Part shown: positions 1-7,212 of the stretch, one piece after another | Layout of the letters: every line of letters begins with the position of its first letter | How positions within the stretch are numbered: the stretch's first letter is position 1 | Assembly (NCBI GenBank): GCA_903930195.1 | Contig: CAIYXH010000289.1 | Coordinates: 1-42,219 of the forward strand | DNA length: 42,219 nt | From: an uncultured Actinomycetes bacterium | Lineage (GTDB): Bacteria; Actinomycetota; Thermoleophilia; Gaiellales; Gaiellaceae | Direction of reading: 5' to 3' | Translations under genes and position numbers: made by a program | The notes under the pieces: generated by a model | The model's database searches: none | What the model was told of the DNA's origin: nothing | Seen by the model: the letters and a program-made list of their open reading frames with translations, nothing else

Positions 1-853
1 GCCGGACGACCAGCCCGTCGCGCTCGAGCGGCACGAAGGCGGCGTGGTAGCGCTCCCAGATCGCCCTGCGCCGTGCGGTGATCGCGTCGGCATGCTCGAG
101 CTGCGCCCAGAGGAACGCGGCGTTGATCTCGCTCATCAGGAACGACGATCCGAGGTCGACCCACGTGTACTTGTCGACCTGGCCGCGGAAGAAGCGACTG
201 CGGTTCGTCCCCTTTTCCTGCACGATCTCGGCGCGCTCGACGAGGTCCGGGTCGTTGACGAGCAGCGCGCCGCCTTCGCCGCAGTGGATGTTCTTGGTCT
301 CGTGGAAGCTGAGCGCTCCGAGCTCGCCGATCCCGCCGAGCGGCCGACCGGCCGCGGCTGCGCCGAACCCCTGGGCGGCGTCCTCGAGGAGGAGGAGCCC
401 GTGCGCCCGGGCGATCGCGCCCAGTTCGGCCATCTGGCACCCGACGCCTGCGTAGTGCACCGCGAGGATCGCCTTCGTCCGGTCCGTGACCGCCGCGGCG
501 ACCTGGGTCTCGTCCAGGTTGAGCGTGTCCGGCCTGATGTCGACGAAGACCGGCACGGCCCCGCGAAGTGCGACGGCATTGGCGGTGGAGACAAAGGTGA
601 ACGAGGGCATGATCACCTCGTCGCCCGGGCCGATACGGGCGAGGAGAACGGCAGCTTCGAGGGCGCCTGTGCACGAGTGCATCATCAGCGCCTTGCTCGA
701 GCCGATCCGCTCGGCCAGCGCGTTCGCACAGCGTTCCCCGAACGGCCCGGTCCCGGCCAGCCGCCCGTTCTCGACCGCCTCCTGGATGTAGGCGAACTCG
801 CGGCCCGTCAGATGCGGGCGATTGAAGGGAATGAGGGCCCGGTCGTCGGTCAT
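1..853 (-). CDS. wecE: DegT/DnrJ/EryC1-family PLP aminotransferase, WecE-like (NDP-4-keto-6-deoxyhexose 4-aminotransferase); C-terminus runs off the window
   Basis: Absent from the ORF track because it is open to the window edge. Reverse translation from ATG (851-853) reads MTDDRALIPFNRPHLTGREFAYIQEAVENGRLAGTGPFGERCANALAERIGSSKALMMHSCTGALEAAVLLARIGPGDEVIMPSFTFVSTANAVALRGAVPVFVDIRPDTLNLDE... This is colinear with remembered E. coli WecE motifs (IPFN.P, SCT.ALE, GDEVIMPS.TFVSTANA, FVD.RPDT.N.DE). The listed + strand ORF 44..1144 is its Arg/Gly-rich shadow. Confidence 0.85.
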   Translation of the reverse strand, partial: MTDDRALIPFNRPHLTGREFAYIQEAVENGRLAGTGPFGERCANALAERIGSSKALMMHSCTGALEAAVLLARIGPGDEVIMPSFTFVSTANAVALRGAVPVFVDIRPDTLNLDETQVAAAVTDRTKAILAVHYAGVGCQMAELGAIARAHGLLLLEDAAQGFGAAAAGRPLGGIGELGALSFHETKNIHCGEGGALLVNDPDLVERAEIVQEKGTNRSRFFRGQVDKYTWVDLGSSFLMSEINAAFLWAQLEHADAITARRRAIWERYHAAFVPLERDGLVVR

Positions 854-941
854 GGGACAGAGGGACACGAGTCGTCGGGGGCGCCGGACTCGCGCACAGC
901 TTACGCCGTTGCGGCGCCGGTGCGGAGCGGCAGAGGTGGTG

Positions 942-1799
942 TCAACGGCGGCGTGCGACGAGGAGGAGGGAGCCTCCGGCGGGTAGCGAGATGCCCGCGC
1001 GGATCAGCGCTCGATCGACCCCGACGAGCCCTTCGAGAAGGCGTGACATCCCTGCGGTCGCGCGGAACTCCGCCGTCACGTCGTAGGAGTCGTCCCGGCG
1101 CCGGTGGAGGCGCGACAGCGCCATCGCCGGGAGGAGCGTCGTGACGAACGAGGTGACGCGCTCGATCGCGAAGCCGGTCTCGCGCACCGTGCGCGTGAGC
1201 TCGCGCCGGGTGTAGCGGCGCTTGTGCCCGGCGACGTCGTCCGCCGCGCTCCAGAGCCACCGGTGCTGGGGAACCGTCAGGAAGAGCGCCCCGCCGGGGG
1301 CGAGCGTGTCCCGCATCCCGGACAGCGCGGCGCGATCGTCATCGATGTGCTCGAGAACGTCGAAGGCGCCTACCGCCGGAAAGGCGTCCCGGTAGGGCAG
1401 CGCACCTGCGTCCGCCTGGATGAGCTCCGCCGTGGGAACGCGCTCGTGCGCGAAGGGCAGACCGCCCGCGAAGAGCTCCGCGCCGGTCAGCCGGATTGCA
1501 GGGAAGGCGTCGTGGATCCCACGGAGGACGTAACCGGTGCCGCAGCCGACTTCGAGGAACGCGTCGGCGCCGGGCGCATGCTGCCGGAGGGCCCAGGTGA
1601 TCAACGCATTGCGGGACCGGAACCAGAAGCTCCCCTGCTCGAGCGGCGCCAGCAGCCCGAAGAAGTCGTCGTCGTACTCGTCCGTTCCCGGGTCGGCGAA
1701 CCGGAGGAAGCCGTCGGGGCCCGTCTCGGGGGCGTAGCCGCAGGCGCTGCAGCGCCATCCGTCCTCGAGCGGGTGGTCGCAGCGGATACAGACCCTCAC
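942..1799 (-). CDS. Class I SAM-dependent methyltransferase with N-terminal CxxC...CxxC zinc ribbon
   Basis: Last 285 codons of ORF 942..2144(-). In-frame GTG at 1797-1799 gives MRVCIRCDHPLEDGWRCSACGY, then LEVGCGTGYVL (SAM loop), FDVLEHIDDD and LAPGGALFLTVP. The upstream part of the ORF overlaps the divergent GT2 gene and is low-complexity. Start chosen from the zinc ribbon and a TACCAT hexamer 8 nt upstream. Confidence 0.8.
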   Translation of the reverse strand: MRVCIRCDHPLEDGWRCSACGYAPETGPDGFLRFADPGTDEYDDDFFGLLAPLEQGSFWFRSRNALITWALRQHAPGADAFLEVGCGTGYVLRGIHDAFPAIRLTGAELFAGGLPFAHERVPTAELIQADAGALPYRDAFPAVGAFDVLEHIDDDRAALSGMRDTLAPGGALFLTVPQHRWLWSAADDVAGHKRRYTRRELTRTVRETGFAIERVTSFVTTLLPAMALSRLHRRRDDSYDVTAEFRATAGMSRLLEGLVGVDRALIRAGISLPAGGSLLLVARRR

Positions 1800-1847
1800 G
1801 GCCCGCGATGGTAGTCGGAACGGCGATCCGAGACATACGATGTCCCC
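1800..1847. promoter_or_regulatory. 48-bp divergent promoter region with two candidate -10 hexamers for leaderless transcripts
   Basis: (+) TACGAT 1836-1841, 6 nt before GTG 1848. (-) TACCAT (complement of 1808-1813), 8 nt before GTG 1799. No SD-like purine run on either side. Confidence 0.4.
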
Positions 1848-2777
1848 GTGTCGGGGAAGCAGGCTATCTCGGTCGTCGTGCCGGTCTACAACAGCGCGGC
1901 AACCCTGGAAGGGCTGGCGGGACAGATCGCCGAGGCGCTTGCCGAGCGTGAGTGGGAGCTCGTCCTCGTGAACGACGCGAGCCCGGATGCGAGCTGGGAG
2001 GTGATCGCGCGGCTGGCCGCAGCGGATCCGCGGATCCGCGGCCTCGACCTGCTCCGGAACTACGGCCAGCACGGTGCGCTGCTCTCCGGTATTCGCGCTG
2101 CGCGACATCCGATCGTGGTCACGGTCGACGACGATCTCCAGCATCCGCCAGACGAGATCCCGAAGCTGCTCGAGCGGCTCGAGCGGGGCGACGTGGATGT
2201 CGTCTACGGGGAGGCGATCGTCCGGAGCTTTGACGTGAAGCGGAACCTCGCCACGGCGGTGACGAAGCTGGCGCTCCGGGGTGCGATGGGCAGTGACTTC
2301 GCCGGCAAGGTGAGTCCCTTCCGTGCCTTCCGGACCGAGATCCGCGCCGCGTTCGCCGCGTTCAGTGGGCCGTATGTGTCGGTCGACGTGCTCCTGAGCT
2401 GGGGGACGTCACGGTTCGCCTCGATCCCGGTCGAGCACCATCCGCGGGCGGTCGGCCGCTCGAACTACACGCTCCGGAAGCTTGCCTCCCATGCCTTGAC
2501 GATGCTCACGGGCTTCAGCACCCGCCCGCTCCGGTTCGCCAGCATCCTCGGCCTCGTGGCGACCTTCCTCGGGATCGTCATGTTTGCGTACGTCGTCGTG
2601 CGCTACACGTTGAGCGGCTCGCCGGTGCCGGGATTCCCCTTCCTTGCCTCCGCGATCGCGTTGTTCTCCGGGGCGCAGCTCCTCACCCTCGGGATTATCG
2701 GCGAGTACCTTGCCCGCGTGCATGTCAGGCTGCTCGACAAGCCGACGTATGCCGTCCGCGGCGAGACCGAGCAGTGA
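1848..2777 (+). CDS. GT2 polyprenyl-phosphate glycosyltransferase (ArnC/GtrB/DPM1-like)
   Basis: ORF 1848..2777 contains ISVVVPVYNS, LVLVNDASPD, RNYGQHGA and VTVDDDLQHPP (GT-A DxD). Two C-terminal hydrophobic helices (LGLVATFLGIVMFAYVVV, AIALFSGAQLLTLGIIG) match the ArnC/GtrB architecture. Confidence 0.85.
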   Translation: MSGKQAISVVVPVYNSAATLEGLAGQIAEALAEREWELVLVNDASPDASWEVIARLAAADPRIRGLDLLRNYGQHGALLSGIRAARHPIVVTVDDDLQHPPDEIPKLLERLERGDVDVVYGEAIVRSFDVKRNLATAVTKLALRGAMGSDFAGKVSPFRAFRTEIRAAFAAFSGPYVSVDVLLSWGTSRFASIPVEHHPRAVGRSNYTLRKLASHALTMLTGFSTRPLRFASILGLVATFLGIVMFAYVVVRYTLSGSPVPGFPFLASAIALFSGAQLLTLGIIGEYLARVHVRLLDKPTYAVRGETEQ

Positions 2778-2778
2778 C

Positions 2779-3423
2779 TCAGGCCTGAAGCAGCGCCGGG
2801 AGCTCTGCGAGGCTGCGGATGCGGTCGCCCTCGTACGAGCCGAACACGTCGAACCGGTCGAGCAGGACTGCGCGCATGCCGACCGCGCGGGCGGGGGCGG
2901 CATCGAGGTGCAGCGAGTCTCCGACGAACACGACCTCGTCGGGTGCCGTCCCGTCGAGCAGCTCCAACGCGTGACGGTAGAGCCGCGGGTCCGGCTTGTC
3001 GATCCCGGTCGTTGAGGAGTCGACGATGGGGTCGAAGCGGAACGGCAGCGTCGCGGCAATGACCTCACGTAGCCGGGCGTCCCAGTTGGAGATCACGCCG
3101 AGCGGGAGCCGTGTGCCGTGGAGGGCGTCGACATCGTCGAACGGCTCCCAGGGGAGCCCACGGCACGCACGCTCGATCGCGTCGAGCAGCGCAGGGGTGG
3201 GTTCGACGCCGAGCGCGTCGAGCACGCTGGCGTTGAACGAGCGGTAGAACGCCGCCGTCGTCTCGCGCGGGAACGTGGTTGCCTCGCTCACCCGCTTGTG
3301 GGTTGCGAGGAAGCGGGCGTTGTCGACGTCGCGTCCGAGGGCGCCGATGAACGCGGGCGCCAACCCGGGTTTGTGCAGCAACGTCCCCGCGATGTCGAGG
3401 TAGACGAACCGGGGGCTCGGCAT
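2779..3423 (-). CDS. HAD-superfamily hydrolase (motif I is DxAGT, not DxDxT)
   Basis: ORF 2779..3423(-): VYLDIAGTL (motif I), GVISNW (motif II-like), VFVGDSLHLDAAPARAVGMRAVLL (motif IV). It lies 1 nt downstream of the ATP-grasp stop. Confidence 0.75.
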   Translation of the reverse strand: MPSPRFVYLDIAGTLLHKPGLAPAFIGALGRDVDNARFLATHKRVSEATTFPRETTAAFYRSFNASVLDALGVEPTPALLDAIERACRGLPWEPFDDVDALHGTRLPLGVISNWDARLREVIAATLPFRFDPIVDSSTTGIDKPDPRLYRHALELLDGTAPDEVVFVGDSLHLDAAPARAVGMRAVLLDRFDVFGSYEGDRIRSLAELPALLQA

Positions 3424-3424
3424 C

Positions 3425-4393
3425 TCAGAAGAGCTCGTGGGGGCTCGAGCGGTCGCGGGCCTCGCTCGGTGTCGCGCCCGGGTAGATCACGTCCATCAGC
3501 AGGCGGACGGCTGTGCCGGGCTGAAGCTCCACGGCCGGGAGCGCCGTGTCGAGGAGGTACTCGCGGACCGCGTACTCGACGTCCCGGAATCCGAGGCGAT
3601 GCCGGATCGACGCGGTGCCCGAGATGCGCCCGTTCACCTCGAACGGGACGATGTCGCCCTCACGGACGATCGCCTGGAGGTTGCACGAGCCGCGGATCGC
3701 GAAGGTGTCGACGAACGCCTCGATCATCGGGCGGAGCGCCACGTCGTGGGCGCGGGTCAACGTGCACAGCATGGTGGCGCCGGCACCGAGCTCGCGCTCG
3801 AATGCGACGAAGCCGTGGACGGCGCCGTCGCGGCGGACGTAGAACGCGACGGTGATCTCCTGGCCGACGAGTCGCTCCTGGACGACGAAGCCGTCGTCGA
3901 ACCCGGACGGATCGAGCGGGTCGAGATGGACGTCGCGCGAGCCGCGCCCCTCGCGCGGCTTCACCACGGTGCCGGCGAACTGGTCTGCGTACGCGCTCGG
4001 GAGCACCGACGAGGCGAACGGCACACCGGCGGCGGCGCACCGCTCGAACGTCGTCAGCTTGTCGAGGAATGCGCGCTGTGTCTCGGGGCTCGAGGTGACG
4101 ACCGTCGGCAGCGCTCCGGCGGCGGCAAGGTGGTAGGCCTCGTAGTCGGTGCACGGCAGCACGAGCTCGATCCGCTCGTCGCCGCAGACGGCCCGGATGC
4201 GTTCGAGATAGCCGGGGTCGGTGGCGAACGGCGTCGTGTGGACCGCGTCGCAGAGATGGTTGCCGCCGGAGAGCGAGGTCGTGTTCGTCCCGATCAGCCG
4301 GAGGGGAAGACCGAGTGAGCGCAGGATCCGCAGCGCACCCTGGCCGACGTTGCCGCCGATGCCGGTGACGAGGACCGACCGTTCAGCCGCCAT
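3425..4393 (-). CDS. ATP-grasp domain ligase (carbamoyl-phosphate-synthase-L-like fold)
   Basis: ORF 3425..4393(-): N-terminal Rossmann-like VLVTGIGGNVGQG, then VVKPREGRGSRDVH, FVVQERLVGQEITV and PFEVNGRISGT, typical ATP-grasp strands. The start overlaps the upstream SDR gene by 11 nt. Confidence 0.75.
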   Translation of the reverse strand: MAAERSVLVTGIGGNVGQGALRILRSLGLPLRLIGTNTTSLSGGNHLCDAVHTTPFATDPGYLERIRAVCGDERIELVLPCTDYEAYHLAAAGALPTVVTSSPETQRAFLDKLTTFERCAAAGVPFASSVLPSAYADQFAGTVVKPREGRGSRDVHLDPLDPSGFDDGFVVQERLVGQEITVAFYVRRDGAVHGFVAFERELGAGATMLCTLTRAHDVALRPMIEAFVDTFAIRGSCNLQAIVREGDIVPFEVNGRISGTASIRHRLGFRDVEYAVREYLLDTALPAVELQPGTAVRLLMDVIYPGATPSEARDRSSPHELF

Positions 4394-5222
4394 GAGCCAG
4401 CTCGCGGATGCCGTCGGCGAAGGAGACGGCGGGTACGAACGGCAGCGTCGCGCGCGTCCGGCTCGGATCGAAGACGAACGACGGGCTGCGATCCTCGCCG
4501 GTCAGCGTCACCGTGCAGCCGGGGAACAGGCTCGCGACTGTCTCTGCCGCCTCGAGATTGCTGACGGACGTTCCCGAGACACCGAGGAAGACACCGTCGG
4601 CAGGGGTGGCAGCGGCAGCGAGCATCAGGGCCGCGGCGTCCTCGAGATGGAGGTAGTCCTGCAGCCGCGATCCGTCTCCGAAGATGGCAATCGGGCCGCC
4701 CGCCCGCGCCGCCGCAACGATCCTCGGCAGGAACGTGTCGGCCGTCATGCCGGAACCATAGAGCGACGAGAAGCGGATCACCGCGTGCGAGGGGCGCTGT
4801 CGGACGACGGCCTCGCCGCCCAGCTTGGAGAGGCCGCACGACGACGGCCGCGCGAATGCCGAGGTCTCGTCGAGGGTGCCCTGTCCGTCGCCGTAGACCG
4901 AGATGCTGGACGCCAGGACGATCCGCGCAGCCGGAAATTGCCGGCAGACGCGAAGTGGAAGGCCGACGTTGCTCTCGGCGAGCCGGGCGTCCGGCTGGTC
5001 CATCGCGCCGTAGGGGATGAAGCCGGCGGCGACGGCCACGGCGTCGTACGCGTCCGGAGGGAGGCTTTCGAGCTCGCGGTCGTGCGCGATCCGTCCGACC
5101 GCCGCCGGGACCTGGTCCCGGCGGGCGTTGACGACGACATCGACCGCGAAGCCCTGCTCGAGTGCGCGCCGTGCGGTCGAGCGACCGAGCGCTCCGTTCG
5201 CGCCGACGACGAGGAGTCGCAT
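4383..5222 (-). CDS. NAD-dependent epimerase/dehydratase family protein (short SDR-like)
   Basis: Last 279 codons of ORF 4383..6815(-). ATG at 5220-5222 gives MRLLVVGANGALGRS (GxxGxxG), later SSISVYG and CGLSKLGGE (YxxxK-like position). The upstream 531 codons of the listed ORF are an Arg/Pro/Ala-rich shadow of the neighbouring gene in another frame. Confidence 0.75.
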   Translation of the reverse strand: MRLLVVGANGALGRSTARRALEQGFAVDVVVNARRDQVPAAVGRIAHDRELESLPPDAYDAVAVAAGFIPYGAMDQPDARLAESNVGLPLRVCRQFPAARIVLASSISVYGDGQGTLDETSAFARPSSCGLSKLGGEAVVRQRPSHAVIRFSSLYGSGMTADTFLPRIVAAARAGGPIAIFGDGSRLQDYLHLEDAAALMLAAAATPADGVFLGVSGTSVSNLEAAETVASLFPGCTVTLTGEDRSPSFVFDPSRTRATLPFVPAVSFADGIRELAHGG

Positions 5223-5224
5223 GC

Positions 5225-7147
5225 TCACGACGCCAGACGCCGCAGCGAGATGTCCTGCAGGACCCAGCGGGAGACGCCTGCCGGATCGTCGAGGTTGGCG
5301 AGGACCAGCTGCACGTTCAGCGCTCCGTGCAGGGTGAGGATGTTCGTCATCACCCGGTCTCGGAACGATTGGCCGTACCAGAACGTGCTGCTTTCGAGAA
5401 GCGCGTTGTCGTTGACGTCGAGCATGCCGATCGCGAGCGCGCCCTTGGTGACGCGTCCGTGCAGCACGACCTCGTATCTCCCGGCGGGGAGCGTTGCGGC
5501 GGGAGCGGAGAGCACGTAGGCGTCGGTGGACTTGGTCGTGGTGACCGTGAGGCCGTGTGCCCCCGCGACGGCGGTGTCGGCGCTGTTCGTCCAGTCGCTC
5601 GGGACGCCCGTGCTCAGCTTCCAGGTGTTGAGCGTGTGCCCGGGCTCGGGGCTCGCGACGAGCGGGGTCTGGAGGGACCAGTAGTCGAGGTTGCTCACCC
5701 GTCGTGCCGTCGGCGCGTGCGCGAGGACGAGGGCGAGCGCGCTGCCGAGGAGCGCGAGCTGGAACGAGCGCCGCCGGAACGTCGAGCCTGCGGCCGCCGC
5801 GGTGCCGGCGGCGAGGCGGGAGAGGCTTGGCGAGCCGGGAGCGTTCAGCGACCGGAGGCGTCCGAGAGGCGCCGGGCTCCGCACGAGCTCCTCGGCGCGG
5901 GCGATCAGCACCAGGAGTGCGGCCGCCCAGAGAAAGGCCCAGACCCCGAGCCATAAGAGCTCGTACTGCTCGTACGGCATCACCGAGATCGGCGGCGTGG
6001 CGAGCAGCACGAACGACGGCGCCACCAGGCCGAGCCAGAGCCCGAACCGGCGCCGTCGCGCGAACGCGAACGCAAGCGGCAGCAGGACGAGCACGCTGCC
6101 GAATCGCCTGAGCGCGTCGTGGGTGACGGCGATCGTCTTGTCCCAGATGTTGGCGACGATGAACCAGGGGTCGCGGTGCCAGAGGTTGACGAGAACGTGG
6201 CGGAGGGCGGCCGCGTACCGCGGGCTCTCGTACGTCGCCCGTGGATCGACCTTGAGGGCTGCGCGGGCTGCGACGCTGTCGGCGTAGTGGATGCCGTAGG
6301 TGTTCTCCACGTAGCCAAGCCCGATGTAGAAGTTGTGAAGCGGCGTGAGGTGGGCCTGAGGCACCTGATAGCCCACCACGTGGTTCCGGTAGTGCCGGGC
6401 GCCGTCGATGACCCCCTTCGCCCCGGCCCAGTACGCGACCCCGACGAGGAGGATGACGGGAAGGAGGCGACGCCAGGGCCGGACACGAAGGCCTGCCACG
6501 AGCACGCAGCTGAGCAGGACGCCGGTGCCTGCGAGTCCGCGGAACGAGCTCGCGACACCTGCGAGCAGCGCGATGGCGCAGACGGCTGCGACCGAGCGTC
6601 GCTGCCAGGGCCGTGCGAGCACGAGCAGCAGCAGCGGAATGCAGAACATCACGGCCCAGGCGCCCATCCAGTAGAACTGCCAGCCGCCGAGGAACCCGAA
6701 GCGCCAGATCACGAGCAGCGGCGCTGCGATCGCTGCGACGGCCGAGCCGAGCAGTTCGTAGAAGACGAGCGGATAGATCGCCAGCGTCACCGCCATGAAC
6801 AGCACGAAGGTCCACTTGTCGAGCAACGACGGGTTGTCGACGCCGATCGCGTCACCGATCAGCGGGAGGTAGAAGTACTGCCCGGGATCGTCGGCGCTGC
6901 CGACGTCGTAGTACGTCGTCCCGGCCGGAGGGTCGGATCCGGCCCAGGCCGGGGTCGCCCCGAGCAGAGGAGGGCCACCCGCATGCAGGACCGCCAGCGA
7001 GGCCGTCATTCCTCGGGCGCGGGTCGGCATGACCGCGGTCGAGTTGGAGATCCCGCGGTCGAAATGGGCGGCGCCGACCAGTGCGACGAGCACCCCGTAG
7101 GTCAGGAGGAGCAGCTGTGTGCGCGTCGGTCGCCGGTTTGCCCCCAT
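5225..7147 (-). CDS. Polytopic membrane protein (GT-C-like or polymerase-like) with a soluble C-terminal beta-rich domain
   Basis: Last 640 codons of ORF 5225..7894(-). ATG at 7145-7147 (MGANRRPTRTQLLLLTYGVLVAL). Roughly ten hydrophobic helices by eye, then about 165 aa of hydrophilic C-terminus (VSNLDYWSLQ...GRYEVVLHGRV...RWVLQDISLRRLAS). A TAAGGT hexamer lies 10 nt upstream of the ATG. Confidence 0.7.
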   Translation of the reverse strand: MGANRRPTRTQLLLLTYGVLVALVGAAHFDRGISNSTAVMPTRARGMTASLAVLHAGGPPLLGATPAWAGSDPPAGTTYYDVGSADDPGQYFYLPLIGDAIGVDNPSLLDKWTFVLFMAVTLAIYPLVFYELLGSAVAAIAAPLLVIWRFGFLGGWQFYWMGAWAVMFCIPLLLLVLARPWQRRSVAAVCAIALLAGVASSFRGLAGTGVLLSCVLVAGLRVRPWRRLLPVILLVGVAYWAGAKGVIDGARHYRNHVVGYQVPQAHLTPLHNFYIGLGYVENTYGIHYADSVAARAALKVDPRATYESPRYAAALRHVLVNLWHRDPWFIVANIWDKTIAVTHDALRRFGSVLVLLPLAFAFARRRRFGLWLGLVAPSFVLLATPPISVMPYEQYELLWLGVWAFLWAAALLVLIARAEELVRSPAPLGRLRSLNAPGSPSLSRLAAGTAAAAGSTFRRRSFQLALLGSALALVLAHAPTARRVSNLDYWSLQTPLVASPEPGHTLNTWKLSTGVPSDWTNSADTAVAGAHGLTVTTTKSTDAYVLSAPAATLPAGRYEVVLHGRVTKGALAIGMLDVNDNALLESSTFWYGQSFRDRVMTNILTLHGALNVQLVLANLDDPAGVSRWVLQDISLRRLAS

Positions 7148-7157
7148 GCCGGAGGCA

Positions 7158-7163
7158 ACCTTA
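7158..7163 (-). promoter_or_regulatory. Candidate internal -10 hexamer TAAGGT
   Basis: Lies in the only sizeable gap (65 nt) of the long minus-strand operon, 10 nt upstream of ATG 7147. Confidence 0.3.
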
Positions 7164-7212
7164 GGCGATCGGTCGTGAGGAATCCTCGGTTGTGAGGGCG
7201 CCGGATGCGCGT

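Noticed and set aside
898-903. TAAGCT hexamer (minus strand) in the 88-nt gap upstream of wecE, resembling the other candidate -10 boxes.
   Set aside because: It lies 44 nt from the ATG (853), with no SD-like sequence in between, so it does not fit either the leaderless or the leadered pattern cleanly. It is left uncalled.
5223-6815. N-terminal extensions of listed ORFs that would make giant proteins (4383-6815, 5225-7894, 13304-16306, 38148-40118, 942-2144, 28292-29914, 29446-30258).
   Set aside because: In each case the extension overlaps the neighbouring real gene in another frame and is low-complexity. An internal ATG/GTG coincides with the family's canonical N-terminus (for example MCGIAG, MRLLVVGANG, MTRVLVTGGGGFIGS) and with an ATGA/GTGA/TGATG junction.
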